Shown here one piece after another: positions 18,198 to 29,934 of a stretch of DNA of 64,000 nucleotides; the first letter of the stretch is position 1, and each line of letters begins with the position of its first letter. The notes under the pieces were generated by a model. The model was not told the DNA's origin. It did not search any database and saw only the letters and a list, made by a program, of their open reading frames with translations. This DNA is from an uncultured Alphaproteobacteria bacterium. Lineage in GTDB: Bacteria > Pseudomonadota > Alphaproteobacteria > CAAHEQ01 > UBA3637. The stretch covers positions 20,553 to 84,552 of the forward strand of contig CAKQBW010000001.1 of NCBI GenBank assembly GCA_934216505.1, given 5' to 3'. Both the position numbers and the translations under genes were made by a program.

Positions 18198-18944
18198 ATG
18201 TTTTATCGGGCGGAAAACGGCAGGTCATTGTTGGAAATTATTGCGGTAATGGCGATTATGGGAGTTTTTACGGTGGCCTCTATTGCGGCTTTTCAGGCGG
18301 GGCTAAACTCTGTTCGGGCGAAATATATTATTGAGCAAGTTCAATTAAGGGTGGAAGAAGTGGTGGCCAACTCAGAATTATCAAAGGGTCATAAGAAAAC
18401 CGTCTATACCCCTGAATATGTCAATAAATCTGGGCAAGATAAATATGGCTATTCTTTTAAAACGGTTAATGCGACACAAGGAGATAAGACAATGGCCTTT
18501 ATGTTATTGGGAAATGCAGCTCGATCTCCTACGGTTCAGGTGGAAATTTCGGGTAAAATTTCTTCGGGAATTTGCACCAGTTTAAAGGGAAAAATGGCTA
18601 TCTTGGGGAATGTTGAAAAAGCCACCACTGATAAGGGGGGAGATATTTTAAAAGAACCTTGTCCCGAAGATATTCAAAAAATAACAGTATATGTGAAGAG
18701 AAAAATTAAAAAAATTGTTCGTTCCGGTACAACAGGTCTTTCGGGCCAGACAGGGAGCAGTACCTCTCGTTCATCTTCAGGAATAACAGGCGTGACCACT
18801 CGTGTTGCGGCGCAAAAAAAGTGCAATATTGAAAATGCTCTTTCATGTGATCCATTGGTCTGTGATGAATCAAACGGTTATTATGAATTTGAAGACGAAA
18901 GGGGAAAATGTCAACCTTGTCCTGCTGGAAGTTATTGTGAATAA
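18198..18944 (+). CDS. prepilin-type (type IV pilin-like) protein with C-terminal Cys-rich CPAGSYC motif
   Basis: N-terminus ...ENG|RSLLEIIAVMAIMGVFTVASIAAF has Gly-1, Glu+5 and a hydrophobic helix. C-terminus is ...CDPLVCDESNGYYEFEDERGKCQPCPAGSYCE. Good RBS. Confidence 0.6.
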   Translation: MFYRAENGRSLLEIIAVMAIMGVFTVASIAAFQAGLNSVRAKYIIEQVQLRVEEVVANSELSKGHKKTVYTPEYVNKSGQDKYGYSFKTVNATQGDKTMAFMLLGNAARSPTVQVEISGKISSGICTSLKGKMAILGNVEKATTDKGGDILKEPCPEDIQKITVYVKRKIKKIVRSGTTGLSGQTGSSTSRSSSGITGVTTRVAAQKKCNIENALSCDPLVCDESNGYYEFEDERGKCQPCPAGSYCE

Positions 18945-19020
18945 AAAAAGTGCTTGACATTTGTTTGTATATATGCTTTTATGAAAATGGTTTTATTTTT
19001 TAACAACAAAAAAAGGAGAC

Positions 19021-19629
19021 TTGATGAAAATTTCAAAATTATGTTTGACTTTGGCCGTGGCGGGTGTCATCGGTTTGGCTTCAATGGACGCTTTTGCGGC
19101 ACGGGTGAGAAAACCCTGTCCTGCGGGAACTTACTCTAAAGCGGGGGCAACCAGTTTAGCGGGGTGTATTAAGTGTAGTACTTTGGGAATCAATAAGTAT
19201 TCTGCTTCAGAAGGGGCCTCTACCTGTTCTACCTGTCAAGGGGGAAAAATCGCTAATGCTGAGGGAACAGGTTGTATTGATACCTGTAAAAAAGGATATT
19301 TGCTTGTCAATGGTAAATGTATTGCTTGTACAGCAGAAAATAAAAAAGCAGGATTTATTTGTGATGGGACAACAGAATTTACCTGTAAAAAAGGGTATTA
19401 TAAAGCGGGAACGACTTGTAAAACATGTGTGAAAAATGCTGAGTCATGCACCAGTGGGACAGATTTTGTCTGCAAACAAGGGTTCTTTAAACGGGGAACA
19501 GCCTGCGTTGCTTGTCCGACAGGGGCAGGGGTTGAATCTTGTACGCCCGAAGGATTCACATGTAATGTTGGTTTCTATGAAAACAAGGTGACATGTACAA
19601 AATGTGAAGCAGGATATTATTGCGAATAA
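19021..19629 (+). CDS. secreted Cys-rich repeat protein (ephrin-receptor-like / GCC2_GCC3-type CxxCPAGTY modules)
   Basis: Signal peptide MMKISKLCLTLAVAGVIGLASMDAFA. Repeated C-x2-C...G(Y/F)(Y/F) modules: PCPAGTYSKAGATSLAGCIKC, CKKGYYKAGTTCKTC, CKQGFFKRGTACVAC, CTKCEAGYYCE. Confidence 0.6.
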   Translation: MMKISKLCLTLAVAGVIGLASMDAFAARVRKPCPAGTYSKAGATSLAGCIKCSTLGINKYSASEGASTCSTCQGGKIANAEGTGCIDTCKKGYLLVNGKCIACTAENKKAGFICDGTTEFTCKKGYYKAGTTCKTCVKNAESCTSGTDFVCKQGFFKRGTACVACPTGAGVESCTPEGFTCNVGFYENKVTCTKCEAGYYCE

Positions 19630-19652
19630 TCTGTTTTTTTTAAAAGAAGAGT

Positions 19653-19678
19653 CGGCCGAGTGTCGGCTCTTTTTTATA
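19653..19678 (+). terminator. weak rho-independent terminator after the Cys-rich gene
   Basis: GCCGA-gtg-TCGGC stem followed by TCTTTTTT. Confidence 0.45.
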
Positions 19679-19699
19679 TAAAAAACTTGTAAAAAAGGC

Positions 19700-19728
19700 T
19701 TGACAAGGATACTAAAATAGGCTATAAT
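19700..19728 (+). promoter_or_regulatory. consensus sigma70 promoter (TTGACA-17-TATAAT) of the str/S10/spc/alpha superoperon
   Basis: Perfect hexamers with 17-nt spacer; a ~180-nt leader precedes rpsL. Confidence 0.7.
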
Positions 19729-19911
19729 AACACCACTTGTTTGATACTTTCGGGGGTCTTTTGGAAAAGACTTTTTAGAAAAATCAGGAAGTTATATTTA
19801 ATGAAATCAAAGACTTGTTTTGGTTTCTTAAATGAAAATGAGCGCTTTCGTTTGCCTGAAATAGGTCGATGAAAGATTTTTTTGTGAATAGGTAGAAAAG
19901 GAAGAAAAAAG

Positions 19912-20283
19912 ATGCCTACAATTAACCAGCTTATCCGTAAATCTCGGAAGGCAGTGGAAAAGCGGAACAAAGTGCCCGCTTTAAAGGCGTGCCCACAAAA
20001 ACGTGGTGTTTGCACGCGTGTGTATACAACGACCCCTAAAAAACCAAACTCGGCTTTGCGTAAGGTGGCTCGTGTTCGTTTAACAAATGGTTTTGAAGTA
20101 ACCTCATATATTCCTGGTGAAGGACATAATTTACAGGAACACTCTGTTGTGATGATTCGTGGCGGACGTGTAAAGGACTTGCCTGGTGTTCGTTACCATA
20201 TTATTCGTGGTACCCTTGATACTCAAGGTGTTGCTAATCGTAAACAAGCGCGCTCGTTGTACGGCGCCAAACGCCCTAAATAA
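19912..20283 (+). CDS. rpsL: 30S ribosomal protein S12
   Basis: [13 protein letters not shown]...[23 protein letters not shown]12 signature. Confidence 0.95.
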   Translation: MPTINQLIRKSRKAVEKRNKVPALKACPQKRGVCTRVYTTTPKKPNSALRKVARVRLTNGFEVTSYIPGEGHNLQEHSVVMIRGGRVKDLPGVRYHIIRGTLDTQGVANRKQARSLYGAKRPK

Positions 20284-20295
20284 GGAGAAGATACT

Positions 20296-20766
20296 ATGTC
20301 ACGTAGACATGCTGCAGAAAAGCGCGAAGTGGTGGCCGATGCGAAATATAATGACATCGTGGTTGCCAAGTTTATGAATTCTTTGATGTTGGCTGGCAAA
20401 AAGTCAGTCGCTGAAGCCATTTTATACGGCGCTATGGCTGAATTAGAAGAAAAGATTAAAAAGCCTGCTTTGGAAATTTTTAAGACGGCTTTGGACAATG
20501 TAAAACCTCAATTGGAAGTGCGTTCTCGTCGTGTGGGTGGGGCCACTTATCAAGTTCCTACAGAAGTTCGGGCTGATCGCCAACAGGCATTGGCTATTCG
20601 TTGGATTATTGGGGCTGCTCGTGGTCGGAGCGAAAAAACGATGGAAGAACGGTTGTTTAACGAATTGCAAGATGCTTATAACAACCGTGGAACTGCGATT
20701 CGCAAACGCGAAGATACGCATCGTATGGCCGAAGCCAATAAGGCTTTTGCTCACTTTAAATGGTAA
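20296..20766 (+). CDS. rpsG: 30S ribosomal protein S7
   Basis: [19 protein letters not shown]...; 156 aa; follows rpsL. Confidence 0.95.
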   Translation: MSRRHAAEKREVVADAKYNDIVVAKFMNSLMLAGKKSVAEAILYGAMAELEEKIKKPALEIFKTALDNVKPQLEVRSRRVGGATYQVPTEVRADRQQALAIRWIIGAARGRSEKTMEERLFNELQDAYNNRGTAIRKREDTHRMAEANKAFAHFKW

Positions 20767-20775
20767 GGGGGAAAA

Positions 20776-22854
20776 ATGGCCAGAACAACTCCGATTGAAT
20801 TATACAGAAACATTGGTATTATGGCGCACATTGATGCGGGTAAGACCACAACAACAGAACGTATTCTGTATTATACAGGAAAAACACATAAAATTGGTGA
20901 AGTTCATGATGGCGGTGCCACAATGGACTGGATGGAACAAGAACAAGAACGTGGTATTACAATTACTTCTGCGGCTACAACGGCTTTTTGGCGTGGTCAT
21001 CGGATTAACGTTATTGATACGCCGGGACACGTTGATTTTACCGTTGAAGTGGAACGGTGCTTGCGTGTGTTAGACGGGGCTATCGCCGTGTTTGGTGGGG
21101 TGGAAGGTGTTGAACCTCAATCCGAAACAGTATGGCGTCAAGCGGATAAATACGGTGTTCCCCGTATTTGTTTTGTTAATAAAATGGACCGAATCGGGGC
21201 AAATTTCCCCCGTTGTGTTTCCATGATTAAAGAACGCTTGGGGGCTCGTCCTATGCCAATGACACTTCCTATCGGTGCAGAAAGCGAATTTAAAGGTGTT
21301 GTTGATATTTTAAAGCAAAAAGCCATTATTTGGCACTCTGAAGATTTAGGGGCAACTTTTGAAGAACAAGAGATTCCTGCTGAATTAAAAGATGAAGCGC
21401 AAAAATATTACAATGAATTAGTTGAATTGGCTGTTGAACAAGATGATGCAGCGATGGAAGCTTATTTAGAAGGAAAAGAACCCGATATGGACACATTGAA
21501 AAAATGTATTCGTAAGGGGACAATTTCCCGTGCTTTCGTTCCTGTCTTTTGTGGATCTGCTTTTAAAAACAAAGGGATTCAAGTTTTGTTGGACGCTGTG
21601 GTGGATTATTTGCCTTCTCCTATTGATATTCCTCAAGCAAAAGGAATCAATGAAAAAGATGGCAGTGAATATGTTTGTGCCTCAGAAGATAACAAACCTT
21701 TGGCCGCTTTAGCGTTTAAGATTATGAATGACCCCTTTGTGGGCTCTTTGACTTTTGCGCGTATTTATCAGGGAACTCTGACAACAGGGACCTATGTGCG
21801 CAACTCTGTTAAAGATGAAAAAGAACGCATTGGCCGTATGTTGTTGATGCATGCTAACCACCGTGAAGACATTAAAGAAGCCCGTGCGGGTGATATTGTG
21901 GCTTTAGTGGGGCTTAAAGAAACAACAACGGGTGATACGCTTTGTGCAGAAAGTCTTGATGTTGTTTTGGAAAAGATGGAATTCCCTGATCCAGTTATTG
22001 AAATTGCGGTGGAACCTAAAACAAAGGCGGATATTGAAAAGATGGGCTTGGCGTTGAATCGTTTGGCCATTGAAGATCCTTCTTTCCGTGTTTCTTCCAA
22101 TACTGAAACAGGGCAAACCATTATTAAAGGAATGGGTGAGTTGCACTTGGAAATCATTGTGGATCGTATGAAGCGTGAATTTAAGGTGGAAGCCAATGTG
22201 GGCGCTCCTCAAGTTGCTTATCGTGAAACTATTTCCAAACTTTATGATGAAGATTATACCCACAAAAAGCAATCCGGTGGGGCAGGGCAATTTGCTCGGG
22301 TTAAAATTAAATTTGAACCCTTACCTGCTGGTTCAGGATTTGTTTTTGAAAATGAGGTTGTGGGTGGATCTGTTCCCAAAGAATATATCCCTGGCGTAGA
22401 AAAAGGATTGCGTCAAGCCCTTGAAACAGGCGTGTTGGCGGGATTTCCTTGCACAGACTTTAAAGCGACTCTTTATGATGGGGCTTATCACGAAGTGGAT
22501 TCTAACGTGATGTGCTTTGAAATTGCGGCGCGTGCGGCATTCCGTGAAGGAATGGCCAAAGCGGGTCCAAAATTGTTGGAACCCATTATGAAGGTTGAAA
22601 TTGTGACACCTGAAGAATACATGGGTGATATTATTGGGGATTTGAATTCACGCCGTGGTCAAGTCGGAGGTATGGATTCACGGGGAAATGCCCGTGTTAT
22701 TGATGCCACTGTTCCTTTGGCAAACATGTTTGGTTATGTTGGAACTTTGCGTTCTATGAGCCAAGGGCGTGCCCAATACACAATGCAGTTTGATCATTAT
22801 GCGGATGTGCCACAAATGATTGCTGATGAAATCAAAGCCAAGATGGCTGGATAA
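20776..22854 (+). CDS. fusA: elongation factor G
   Basis: 692 aa with [16 protein letters not shown]-loop and DTPGHVDF; follows rpsG. Confidence 0.95.
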   Translation: MARTTPIELYRNIGIMAHIDAGKTTTTERILYYTGKTHKIGEVHDGGATMDWMEQEQERGITITSAATTAFWRGHRINVIDTPGHVDFTVEVERCLRVLDGAIAVFGGVEGVEPQSETVWRQADKYGVPRICFVNKMDRIGANFPRCVSMIKERLGARPMPMTLPIGAESEFKGVVDILKQKAIIWHSEDLGATFEEQEIPAELKDEAQKYYNELVELAVEQDDAAMEAYLEGKEPDMDTLKKCIRKGTISRAFVPVFCGSAFKNKGIQVLLDAVVDYLPSPIDIPQAKGINEKDGSEYVCASEDNKPLAALAFKIMNDPFVGSLTFARIYQGTLTTGTYVRNSVKDEKERIGRMLLMHANHREDIKEARAGDIVALVGLKETTTGDTLCAESLDVVLEKMEFPDPVIEIAVEPKTKADIEKMGLALNRLAIEDPSFRVSSNTETGQTIIKGMGELHLEIIVDRMKREFKVEANVGAPQVAYRETISKLYDEDYTHKKQSGGAGQFARVKIKFEPLPAGSGFVFENEVVGGSVPKEYIPGVEKGLRQALETGVLAGFPCTDFKATLYDGAYHEVDSNVMCFEIAARAAFREGMAKAGPKLLEPIMKVEIVTPEEYMGDIIGDLNSRRGQVGGMDSRGNARVIDATVPLANMFGYVGTLRSMSQGRAQYTMQFDHYADVPQMIADEIKAKMAG

Positions 22855-22869
22855 GAAAGGTAGTTAAAG

Positions 22870-23172
22870 ATGGAAAAAATTAGAATTCGTTTAAGAGCTT
22901 TTGATCATGGGTTGTTGGATCAATCAACCCTTGAGATTGTCAATACAGCGAAACGTACAGGGGCTCAGGTCGTTGGACCTATCCCCTTGCCAACGCGTAT
23001 TGAAAAATTTACCGTGAATCGCGGTGTTCACATCGATAAGAAATCACGGGAACAATTTGAAATCAGAACCCACAAGCGGGTGCTCGACATTATTGATCCG
23101 ACACCACAAACGGTTGATGCCCTTATGAAATTGGACCTCGCCGCCGGTGTAGATGTTGAGATTAAAGTGTAA
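22870..23172 (+). CDS. rpsJ: 30S ribosomal protein S10
   Basis: [17 protein letters not shown]10 signature. Follows fusA directly, with no tuf between. Confidence 0.95.
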   Translation: MEKIRIRLRAFDHGLLDQSTLEIVNTAKRTGAQVVGPIPLPTRIEKFTVNRGVHIDKKSREQFEIRTHKRVLDIIDPTPQTVDALMKLDLAAGVDVEIKV

Positions 23173-23183
23173 AGGAAAAGACA

Positions 23184-23888
23184 ATGCGTACAGCTGTTAT
23201 CGCAGAAAAAGTCGGTATGATGGGTCTGTTCCAAGAAAACGGGGATCAGTTGCCTGTAACTGTTTTGAAAATTGACAGTACAGTCGTTGATACTCGGACT
23301 CAGGAAAAAGACGGCTATACCGCTGTCCAGATTGGGTTCAAAACAGCCAAAGAAAAGCATTTGGCTAAACCCCAAAAAGGACATTTTGCTAAATTAAAGC
23401 AAGAACCCAAGCGTGTACTGAAAGAATTTCGTGTAAGCGAAGATTGTTTGGTCCCCGCTGGGAGCGTTATTGGTGCAAACCACTTTGTCGTTGGACAATT
23501 GGTTGATGTCACTGGTATTTCATTAGGGAAAGGTTTTGCTGGGGTTATGAAAAAATATAACTTCGGTGGGGACTGTGCTTCTCACGGTGTTTCAAGAACA
23601 CACCGTTCTGGTGGTTCTACGGGAAATCGTGAATGGCCTGGTCGTGTCTTTAAAAACCGTAAAATGCCTGGTCAAATGGGAAATAAGCAAGTCACTGTTC
23701 AAAATCTTAAAGTTGTGGCGGTTGATGAAGCCCGCAACTTGGTGATGGTGCAAGGGGCTGTTCCTGGTTATGACGAAGGTATGGTTATTATTCAAGATGC
23801 CAAAAAGCGTTCAACACAAGCGGTGGGACCTGTTCCTGCTGGCTTAAAGGTTGTTGAAACACCTAAGGCTGAAGAAGTAAAGGAATAA
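23184..23888 (+). CDS. rplC: 50S ribosomal protein L3
   Basis: [18 protein letters not shown]... resembles L3; S10-operon order. Confidence 0.93.
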   Translation: MRTAVIAEKVGMMGLFQENGDQLPVTVLKIDSTVVDTRTQEKDGYTAVQIGFKTAKEKHLAKPQKGHFAKLKQEPKRVLKEFRVSEDCLVPAGSVIGANHFVVGQLVDVTGISLGKGFAGVMKKYNFGGDCASHGVSRTHRSGGSTGNREWPGRVFKNRKMPGQMGNKQVTVQNLKVVAVDEARNLVMVQGAVPGYDEGMVIIQDAKKRSTQAVGPVPAGLKVVETPKAEEVKE

Positions 23889-23892
23889 TCAA

Positions 23893-24513
23893 ATGAAATA
23901 CGATGTAATTGATTTATCAAAAAAAGCTGTTGGCAGTATTGAATTGAATGATACTGTTTTCGGTGTTGATTTGAATAAAGGTATTTTGGCCCGTGTGATC
24001 CAATGGCAATTGGATAAACGCCGTCAAGGAACTCACGCTGTTAAAGATGTGGGTGATGTGCATGGTGTGGGTAAAAAGCCCTTTAAACAAAAAGGAACGG
24101 GTCGTGCCCGTCAAGGTATCAAAACAGCCCCTGGAAAATACCATGGTGGTATTGCTTTTGGTCCAGTGGTGCGTTCTCATGCCTATGGTTTAACCAAAAA
24201 GATTCGTGCCCTAGCCATGCGTGTGGCTTTGTCCATGAAAGCCAGAGATGGTAAGTTGTTTATCTTGGACGATATGTCTGCCAAAAAGCCAAGTACAAAA
24301 TCTTTCCAAACTTCTTTCAAAAAGAATGGGTGGAATTCCATTTTGTTTGTTGGTGGTGAAAAATTGGACGAAAATTTTGCGTTGTCTGCTCGTAATATCA
24401 TCAATGTTGATGTTTTACCTGTTCAAGGCGCAAATGTGTATGACATTGTTCGCCGTGATGTTTTGGTATTATCCAAAGAAGCGGTTCAAAAATTGGAAGG
24501 ACGGTTAGCCTAA
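23893..24513 (+). CDS. rplD: 50S ribosomal protein L4
   Basis: 206 aa; position and similarity ([15 protein letters not shown]). Confidence 0.93.
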   Translation: MKYDVIDLSKKAVGSIELNDTVFGVDLNKGILARVIQWQLDKRRQGTHAVKDVGDVHGVGKKPFKQKGTGRARQGIKTAPGKYHGGIAFGPVVRSHAYGLTKKIRALAMRVALSMKARDGKLFILDDMSAKKPSTKSFQTSFKKNGWNSILFVGGEKLDENFALSARNIINVDVLPVQGANVYDIVRRDVLVLSKEAVQKLEGRLA

Positions 24514-24827
24514 TGAAAAAGTCCGAACAAAAATCAGTGAAAACTGAATTATACGATATCATTGTGCGTCCTGTGATTACGGAAAAAGCAATGAAAGTTT
24601 CCGAAAACAATCAAGTAACTTTTATGGTTAGTTTGAATGCCACAAAGCCTCAAATTAAAAAGGCAATTGAAGGTGTTTTTGGAGTGGAAGTAAAAGCAGT
24701 GAATACTTTGACAGCTCATGGAAAGACAAAATTGTTCCGTGGTCAAAAAGGTGTTCGCTCTGATATGAAGAAAGCCATCATCACTTTGGCCAAAGGTCAA
24801 ACAATTGATGTGACTGCGGGAGTGTAA
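24513..24827 (+). CDS. rplW: 50S ribosomal protein L23
   Basis: 104 aa; [13 protein letters not shown] is L23-like. Confidence 0.92.
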   Translation: MKKSEQKSVKTELYDIIVRPVITEKAMKVSENNQVTFMVSLNATKPQIKKAIEGVFGVEVKAVNTLTAHGKTKLFRGQKGVRSDMKKAIITLAKGQTIDVTAGV

Positions 24828-24828
24828 T

Positions 24829-25656
24829 ATGACATTAAAAACATATAAACCTACAACCAAAACAACAAGACACTTAATTGGTGTTGATCGTTCTGAATTG
24901 TACAAAGGGGCCCCTGTTAAAACATTGGTGGAAGGTAAAAATTCCACAGGTGGTCGTAATAATCATGGTCATATCACTTCTCGTCGTCGTGGCGGTGGGG
25001 TGAAAAAGGCCTATCGTTTGGTTGATTTTAAGCGTCAAAAGTTGGATATGCCAGCGGTTGTTGAACGTTTAGAATACGATCCAAATCGGACGGCTTTTAT
25101 TGCTTTGATTAAATATGAAGATGGTACGCAATCTTATATCTTGGCGCCACAACGTTTGGCGGTTGGGGATAAAGTTGTTGCCGCTTTAACAGCCGATATT
25201 AAGCCCGGTAATGCAATGTTGTTAAAGAATATGCCCGTTGGAACAATCGTGCATAACATTGAAATGCAACCTGGTCGTGGAGGTCAATTAGCCCGTTCAG
25301 CAGGTTGTTATGCTCAATTGATTGGTAAAGATGCTGGCTATGCCCAAATTCGTTTAAGTTCAGGTGAGTTGCGTTTGGTCCGTGCAGAATGCTTTGCTTC
25401 TGTAGGGGCTGTTTCAAATGCGGATCACCAAAATACAACTTTGGCGAAAGCTGGTCGTGCCCGTTGGATGGGGATTCGCCCCTCTGTGCGTGGTATTGCC
25501 ATGAACCCAGTGGATCACCCTCATGGTGGTCGTACCAATGGTGGTCGGAACCCTGTATCACCTTGGGGCTGGAAGACTAAGGGTAAGAAGACTCGTAACA
25601 ACAAGCGGACGAATAACCTGATTGTACGTTCTCGTCACGCAGTCAAGAAAGCTTAA
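24829..25656 (+). CDS. rplB: 50S ribosomal protein L2
   Basis: 275 aa; [16 protein letters not shown]2 signature. Confidence 0.95.
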   Translation: MTLKTYKPTTKTTRHLIGVDRSELYKGAPVKTLVEGKNSTGGRNNHGHITSRRRGGGVKKAYRLVDFKRQKLDMPAVVERLEYDPNRTAFIALIKYEDGTQSYILAPQRLAVGDKVVAALTADIKPGNAMLLKNMPVGTIVHNIEMQPGRGGQLARSAGCYAQLIGKDAGYAQIRLSSGELRLVRAECFASVGAVSNADHQNTTLAKAGRARWMGIRPSVRGIAMNPVDHPHGGRTNGGRNPVSPWGWKTKGKKTRNNKRTNNLIVRSRHAVKKA

Positions 25657-25667
25657 AGGAGGCTAGA

Positions 25668-25952
25668 ATGACAAGATCTATATGGAAAGGACCGTTTGTT
25701 GATGGTGATTTGCTGAAAAAAGCAGAGAAAGTCAAAGCATCCGGTCGTCATGAACAAATTAAAACATGGTCCAGACGTTCAACAATTTTACCTGATTTCG
25801 TTGGTTTAACTTTTGCCGTTTATAATGGTCATAAGTTTATTCCTGTTTTGGTCAGTGAAAATATGATTGGACATAAGTTTGGTGAATTTGCGCCGACAAG
25901 AACCTTTGTGGCTCATACAGCGGCAGATGCGAAAGCCAAACAGGAGGGATAA
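25668..25952 (+). CDS. rpsS: 30S ribosomal protein S19
   Basis: [18 protein letters not shown]... and NGHKFIPV motifs. Confidence 0.95.
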   Translation: MTRSIWKGPFVDGDLLKKAEKVKASGRHEQIKTWSRRSTILPDFVGLTFAVYNGHKFIPVLVSENMIGHKFGEFAPTRTFVAHTAADAKAKQEG

Positions 25953-25953
25953 G

Positions 25954-26385
25954 ATGGTAGCAAAGAAAAAAGAAGTAAAAGCAGTTGCGCGGACAATTCG
26001 TATTTCTCCGCAAAAGTTGAACTTGGTGGCTGAAACGATTCGAGGTTTAAAAGTTGATAAGGCTTTAGTCCAATTGACTTTCTCTCGCAAGCGTGTGGCT
26101 GGTGAAGTCAAAAAACTTTTGACAGCAGCGATTGCAAATGCCGAAAACAACTTTGGTTTGGATATTGATAATTTGGTTGTGGCTGAAGCCTATGTGGGGA
26201 AAGCCATGGTGATGAAACGTTGGCATGCGGCCGCAAAAGGGTCAGGTCATCGTATTTTGAAACCATTTTCAAATTTGACAATTATCGTTAAAGAAGCCGA
26301 AGCTGTTAAGCCTGTTGCTAAAAAAGCACCCGCTAAGGCCAAAGCTGAAAAAACAACTCAAGAAACAAAGAAGGAGGCTGTCTAA
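25954..26385 (+). CDS. rplV: 50S ribosomal protein L22
   Basis: True start is [25 protein letters not shown] (ATG 25954, right after the rpsS stop). Listed ORF 25867 is an upstream over-extension. Confidence 0.9.
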   Translation: MVAKKKEVKAVARTIRISPQKLNLVAETIRGLKVDKALVQLTFSRKRVAGEVKKLLTAAIANAENNFGLDIDNLVVAEAYVGKAMVMKRWHAAAKGSGHRILKPFSNLTIIVKEAEAVKPVAKKAPAKAKAEKTTQETKKEAV

Positions 26386-27056
26386 TGGGACAAAAAGTTA
26401 ATCCGACAGGCTTACGTTTAGGTATCAACCGTACTTGGGATTCTCGTTGGTTTTCCGATGCAGACTATGCCAAATTATTGTTAGCCGATATTGAAATGCG
26501 TCAATTTTTGGAAAAGAAATTAGCCACAGCAGGGATCAGTCATATCGTGATTGAACGGCCTGCTAAAAAGGCACGGGTAACTATTTATTGTGCTCGTCCA
26601 GGTGTGGTTATTGGTAAAAAAGGTCAAGATATTGAAACATTAAAGAAAGACTTGACGAAGTTGGCGGGCAACAGCGAAGTGAGCGTGAATATTGTTGAAA
26701 TTCGCAAACCAGAAACAAATGCAAAATTGGTGGCTGAAAATGTGGCTCAACAATTGGAAAAGCGTATTTCTTTCCGCCGTGCGATGAAGCGGGCTGTTCA
26801 ATCGGCTTTGCGTCAAGGGGCAGAAGGAATCAAGATCAGTTGTGGTGGCCGTTTGGGTGGGGCTGAAATTGCCCGTACTGAATGGTATCACGAAGGTCGC
26901 GTGCCTTTGCATACATTGCGTGCTGATATTGACTATGGTCAAGCGACAGCATTCACAACTTACGGTACTTGCGGTGTTAAGGTCTGGATTTACAAGGGCG
27001 AAATTTTGGCTCATGATCCGATGGCTCAAGACAAACGCTTGAACGAACAACGTTAA
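26385..27056 (+). CDS. rpsC: 30S ribosomal protein S3
   Basis: [24 protein letters not shown]3 N-terminus. Confidence 0.95.
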   Translation: MGQKVNPTGLRLGINRTWDSRWFSDADYAKLLLADIEMRQFLEKKLATAGISHIVIERPAKKARVTIYCARPGVVIGKKGQDIETLKKDLTKLAGNSEVSVNIVEIRKPETNAKLVAENVAQQLEKRISFRRAMKRAVQSALRQGAEGIKISCGGRLGGAEIARTEWYHEGRVPLHTLRADIDYGQATAFTTYGTCGVKVWIYKGEILAHDPMAQDKRLNEQR

Positions 27057-27068
27057 GGAGAATGAAAA

Positions 27069-27491
27069 ATGTTACAACCTAAAAGAACAAAGTTTCGTAA
27101 GGCTTTTAAAGGTCGTATTCATGGGTTAGCTAAAAATGCTACATCTTTGGATAAAGGGGAATTTGGTTTAAAGGCCGAAGAACCCTGTCGTATGACAGCG
27201 CGTCAAATTGAAGCGGCTCGTCGGGCTATTTCACATGCCATGAAGCGTCAAGGGCGTATGTGGATTCGTGTGTTTCCTGATGTTCCAGTTTCAAAGAAAC
27301 CTCCTGAAGTCCGTCAAGGGAAAGGGAAGGGTGCTGTTGAATTTTGGATTTGTCGTGTGAAACCTGGTCGTGTTTTATTTGAATGCGATGGTGTCAGTGA
27401 AGCCTTGGCTCGTGAAGCGATGACTTTGGCTGGTGCGAAATTGCCAATTAAAACTAAATTTGTAGCCAGAACGGCTGATGAAGAGGTGTAA
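27069..27491 (+). CDS. rplP: 50S ribosomal protein L16
   Basis: [18 protein letters not shown]16 N-terminus. Confidence 0.95.
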   Translation: MLQPKRTKFRKAFKGRIHGLAKNATSLDKGEFGLKAEEPCRMTARQIEAARRAISHAMKRQGRMWIRVFPDVPVSKKPPEVRQGKGKGAVEFWICRVKPGRVLFECDGVSEALAREAMTLAGAKLPIKTKFVARTADEEV

Positions 27492-27492
27492 A

Positions 27493-27705
27493 ATGGAAAA
27501 ATTTAACACAATTAAAGCGAAGTCTTTAGAGGAATTAAAAACTCAAGAACAGGCTTTGTACAAAGAAGCTATGAACCTGCGTTTTCAACAGGCTCAAGGC
27601 GCTTTGAAAAATACGGCTCGTCGTCGTCAAATTCGGCGTGAAGTAGCCCGTATTAAAACCGCTGTGGCTCAAAAGGCTACGGCTACAAACAAGGAGAGTA
27701 AATAA
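27493..27705 (+). CDS. rpmC: 50S ribosomal protein L29
   Basis: Start at [16 protein letters not shown] (ATG 27493). Listed ORF 27478 overlaps rplP. Confidence 0.88.
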   Translation: MEKFNTIKAKSLEELKTQEQALYKEAMNLRFQQAQGALKNTARRRQIRREVARIKTAVAQKATATNKESK

Positions 27706-27935
27706 TGCCTAAACGTATATTACAAGGTGTTGTTGTCAGCGACAAAATGGACAAGTCTGTTGTTGTTCAAGTGGAACGTCGTGTGATGCATCCTGTGTAC
27801 AAGAAATACATCAAGCGTTCGCAAAAATATACGGCGCATGATGAAAATAATCAGCACAAAGTCGGTGATAATGTGCGGATTATGGAAAGTCGGCCCTTAT
27901 CCAGAACAAAACGCTGGGTAGTGGTTGAAGATTAA
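27705..27935 (+). CDS. rpsQ: 30S ribosomal protein S17
   Basis: 76 aa; [23 protein letters not shown] is S17-like. Confidence 0.93.
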   Translation: MPKRILQGVVVSDKMDKSVVVQVERRVMHPVYKKYIKRSQKYTAHDENNQHKVGDNVRIMESRPLSRTKRWVVVED

Positions 27936-27956
27936 CAAGCACGAAAGGTAAATACT

Positions 27957-28325
27957 ATGATTCAAGTAGAAACTAATCTTGATGTAGCTGATAACTCCGG
28001 TGCCCGGAAAGTTCAGTGTATTAAGATTCTTGGTGCTGCCGGTCGACGCTATGCTTCTATCGGAGACGTGGTTATCGTCTCCGTTAAGGAAGCAGCGCCT
28101 CATGGCAAAGTCAAGGAAGGTGAAGTGCAACGTGCATTGATTGTTCGGACGAAAAAAGAAATTCGTCGTCAAGACGGGTCTGCTATTCGTTTTGATACCA
28201 ATGCCGCTGTGTTAGTTGATAAAGAAGGTGAGCCTATCGGGACACGTATCTTTGGACCGGTAACACGTGAATTGCGTGCGGCTGGTTTTGTAAAGATTAT
28301 GTCTTTGGCTCCGGAGGTCTTATAA
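27957..28325 (+). CDS. rplN: 50S ribosomal protein L14
   Basis: [27 protein letters not shown]14 signature. Confidence 0.95.
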   Translation: MIQVETNLDVADNSGARKVQCIKILGAAGRRYASIGDVVIVSVKEAAPHGKVKEGEVQRALIVRTKKEIRRQDGSAIRFDTNAAVLVDKEGEPIGTRIFGPVTRELRAAGFVKIMSLAPEVL

Positions 28326-28642
28326 TGAAGTTAAAGTTGAAGAAAGGCGACAAAGTCGTTGTAATTACAGGAAAAGATAAGGGTAAGACGGGTGAAATCA
28401 CTAAAGTTTTAGTGAAAGAAAACAAAGTCCTCGTTTCTGGTATCAACATGGCGAAACGTCATACAAAGCCCAGTCAAGAAAATGCGGGTGGTATCATTTC
28501 AAAAGAAATGCCTATCCATATTTCTAATGTGGCTTTTATGGATCCAAAAACTCAAAAAGCAACACGCTTAGGTGTTCAGATGGATAAAGACGGACATAAG
28601 GTCCGTGTAGCCAAAAAATCTGGCGAAGTTGTGGATAAATAA
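28325..28642 (+). CDS. rplX: 50S ribosomal protein L24
   Basis: [25 protein letters not shown] motif. Confidence 0.93.
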   Translation: MKLKLKKGDKVVVITGKDKGKTGEITKVLVKENKVLVSGINMAKRHTKPSQENAGGIISKEMPIHISNVAFMDPKTQKATRLGVQMDKDGHKVRVAKKSGEVVDK

Positions 28643-28652
28643 GGAGGAATGA

Positions 28653-29204
28653 ATGAAAACAAGATTACAAAAACAGTATGAAGAAGTCATCGTTCCTGCT
28701 TTGGTTAAGGAATTTGGCTATAAGAACAAGATGGAAATTCCCAAATTATCCAAAATCGTTTTGAATATGGGTGTTGGTGAAGCCACAGAAGACAAAAAAG
28801 CCATTGAAGGTGCCGTGAAAGATATGGAAGCGATTGCGGGTCAAAAAGCCGTTATCACACATTCTCGTAAATCTATTGCTAGTTTTAAATTGCGTGATGG
28901 GATGCCCATCGGTTGCAAAGTCACTTTGCGTAGAGAAAAGATGTATGAATTTTTGGACCGTTTCATTACGATGGCGATGCCTCGTATTCGGGACTTCCGT
29001 GGAATTTCTGCTAAAAGTTTTGATGGACATGGCAACTATGCTATGGGTATTAAAGAGCAGATTATCTTTTTGGAAATCAACTATGATACTGTGGATAAAA
29101 TCCGCGGTATGGATATCGTGATTGCTACCACAGCCAAGACAGACAAAGAAGCAAAAGCTTTGTTGTCCGGTTTTGGTATGCCCTTTATGAAAGAAGGAAA
29201 ATAA
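28653..29204 (+). CDS. rplE: 50S ribosomal protein L5
   Basis: 183 aa; spc-operon position; similarity to L5. Confidence 0.93.
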   Translation: MKTRLQKQYEEVIVPALVKEFGYKNKMEIPKLSKIVLNMGVGEATEDKKAIEGAVKDMEAIAGQKAVITHSRKSIASFKLRDGMPIGCKVTLRREKMYEFLDRFITMAMPRIRDFRGISAKSFDGHGNYAMGIKEQIIFLEINYDTVDKIRGMDIVIATTAKTDKEAKALLSGFGMPFMKEGK

Positions 29205-29205
29205 G

Positions 29206-29511
29206 ATGGCAAAACTATGTCAAATTAATCGTAATAAAAAGCGTGAAAAAATGGTGGCTCAATATGCCAACAAACGTGCCGCTTTAAAGGCTGTTATTGC
29301 CAATAAAGAATCTTCTGCTGAAGATATTTTTGAAGCGACATTGAAACTCGCTAAGTTGCCTCGGAACTCATCAAAAGTTCGTGTTCATAATCGTTGTGAA
29401 TTAACGGGCCGTTCCCATGGTTTTTACAGAAAATTAAAACTCAGCCGTATTCAACTGCGCAAGTTGTCCAATGAAGGACAAGTGCCTGGTATGAAAAAAT
29501 CGAGCTGGTAA
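29206..29511 (+). CDS. rpsN: 30S ribosomal protein S14 (long form, 101 aa)
   Basis: [17 protein letters not shown]...[27 protein letters not shown]. Confidence 0.93.
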   Translation: MAKLCQINRNKKREKMVAQYANKRAALKAVIANKESSAEDIFEATLKLAKLPRNSSKVRVHNRCELTGRSHGFYRKLKLSRIQLRKLSNEGQVPGMKKSSW

Positions 29512-29523
29512 GGAGAAGAAAAG

Positions 29524-29922
29524 ATGTCTATGACAGATCCTTTAGGTGATATGCTAACCCGTTTGCGCAACGGGGGTATGGCAAACAAAGAAACAGTCGT
29601 GGTTCCTGCTTCTAGCTTGTGCGCCAGTGTTTTGGACGTGTTAAAGCGGGAAGGGTATATTCGTGGCTATGAACGCGTGAATGTTCGTAAGGGCGTTGAC
29701 GAATTCAAAGTTGAATTGAAGTACTATGAAAATGCACCAGTGATTAAACAAATTGAACGTGTTTCTACCCCTGGTCGCCGCGTCTATTCAAAAGTGAAAG
29801 ATTTACCAAAATTCTATAATGGTTTGGGAATCTACGTATTATCAACTCCCTCAGGCGTTATGTCTGATCACGAAGCCCGCCAAGCCAATTTAGGTGGCGA
29901 AGTTTTGTGTAAGGTGTTTTAA
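29524..29922 (+). CDS. rpsH: 30S ribosomal protein S8
   Basis: MSMTDPLGDMLTRLRNG S8 N-terminus. Confidence 0.95.
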   Translation: MSMTDPLGDMLTRLRNGGMANKETVVVPASSLCASVLDVLKREGYIRGYERVNVRKGVDEFKVELKYYENAPVIKQIERVSTPGRRVYSKVKDLPKFYNGLGIYVLSTPSGVMSDHEARQANLGGEVLCKVF

Positions 29923-29934
29923 GGAGGTTTTGAA

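Noticed and set aside
20531-21073. 180-aa plus-strand ORF overlapping rpsG/fusA in another frame
   Set aside because: Out-of-frame overlap with highly conserved rpsG/fusA; no RBS.
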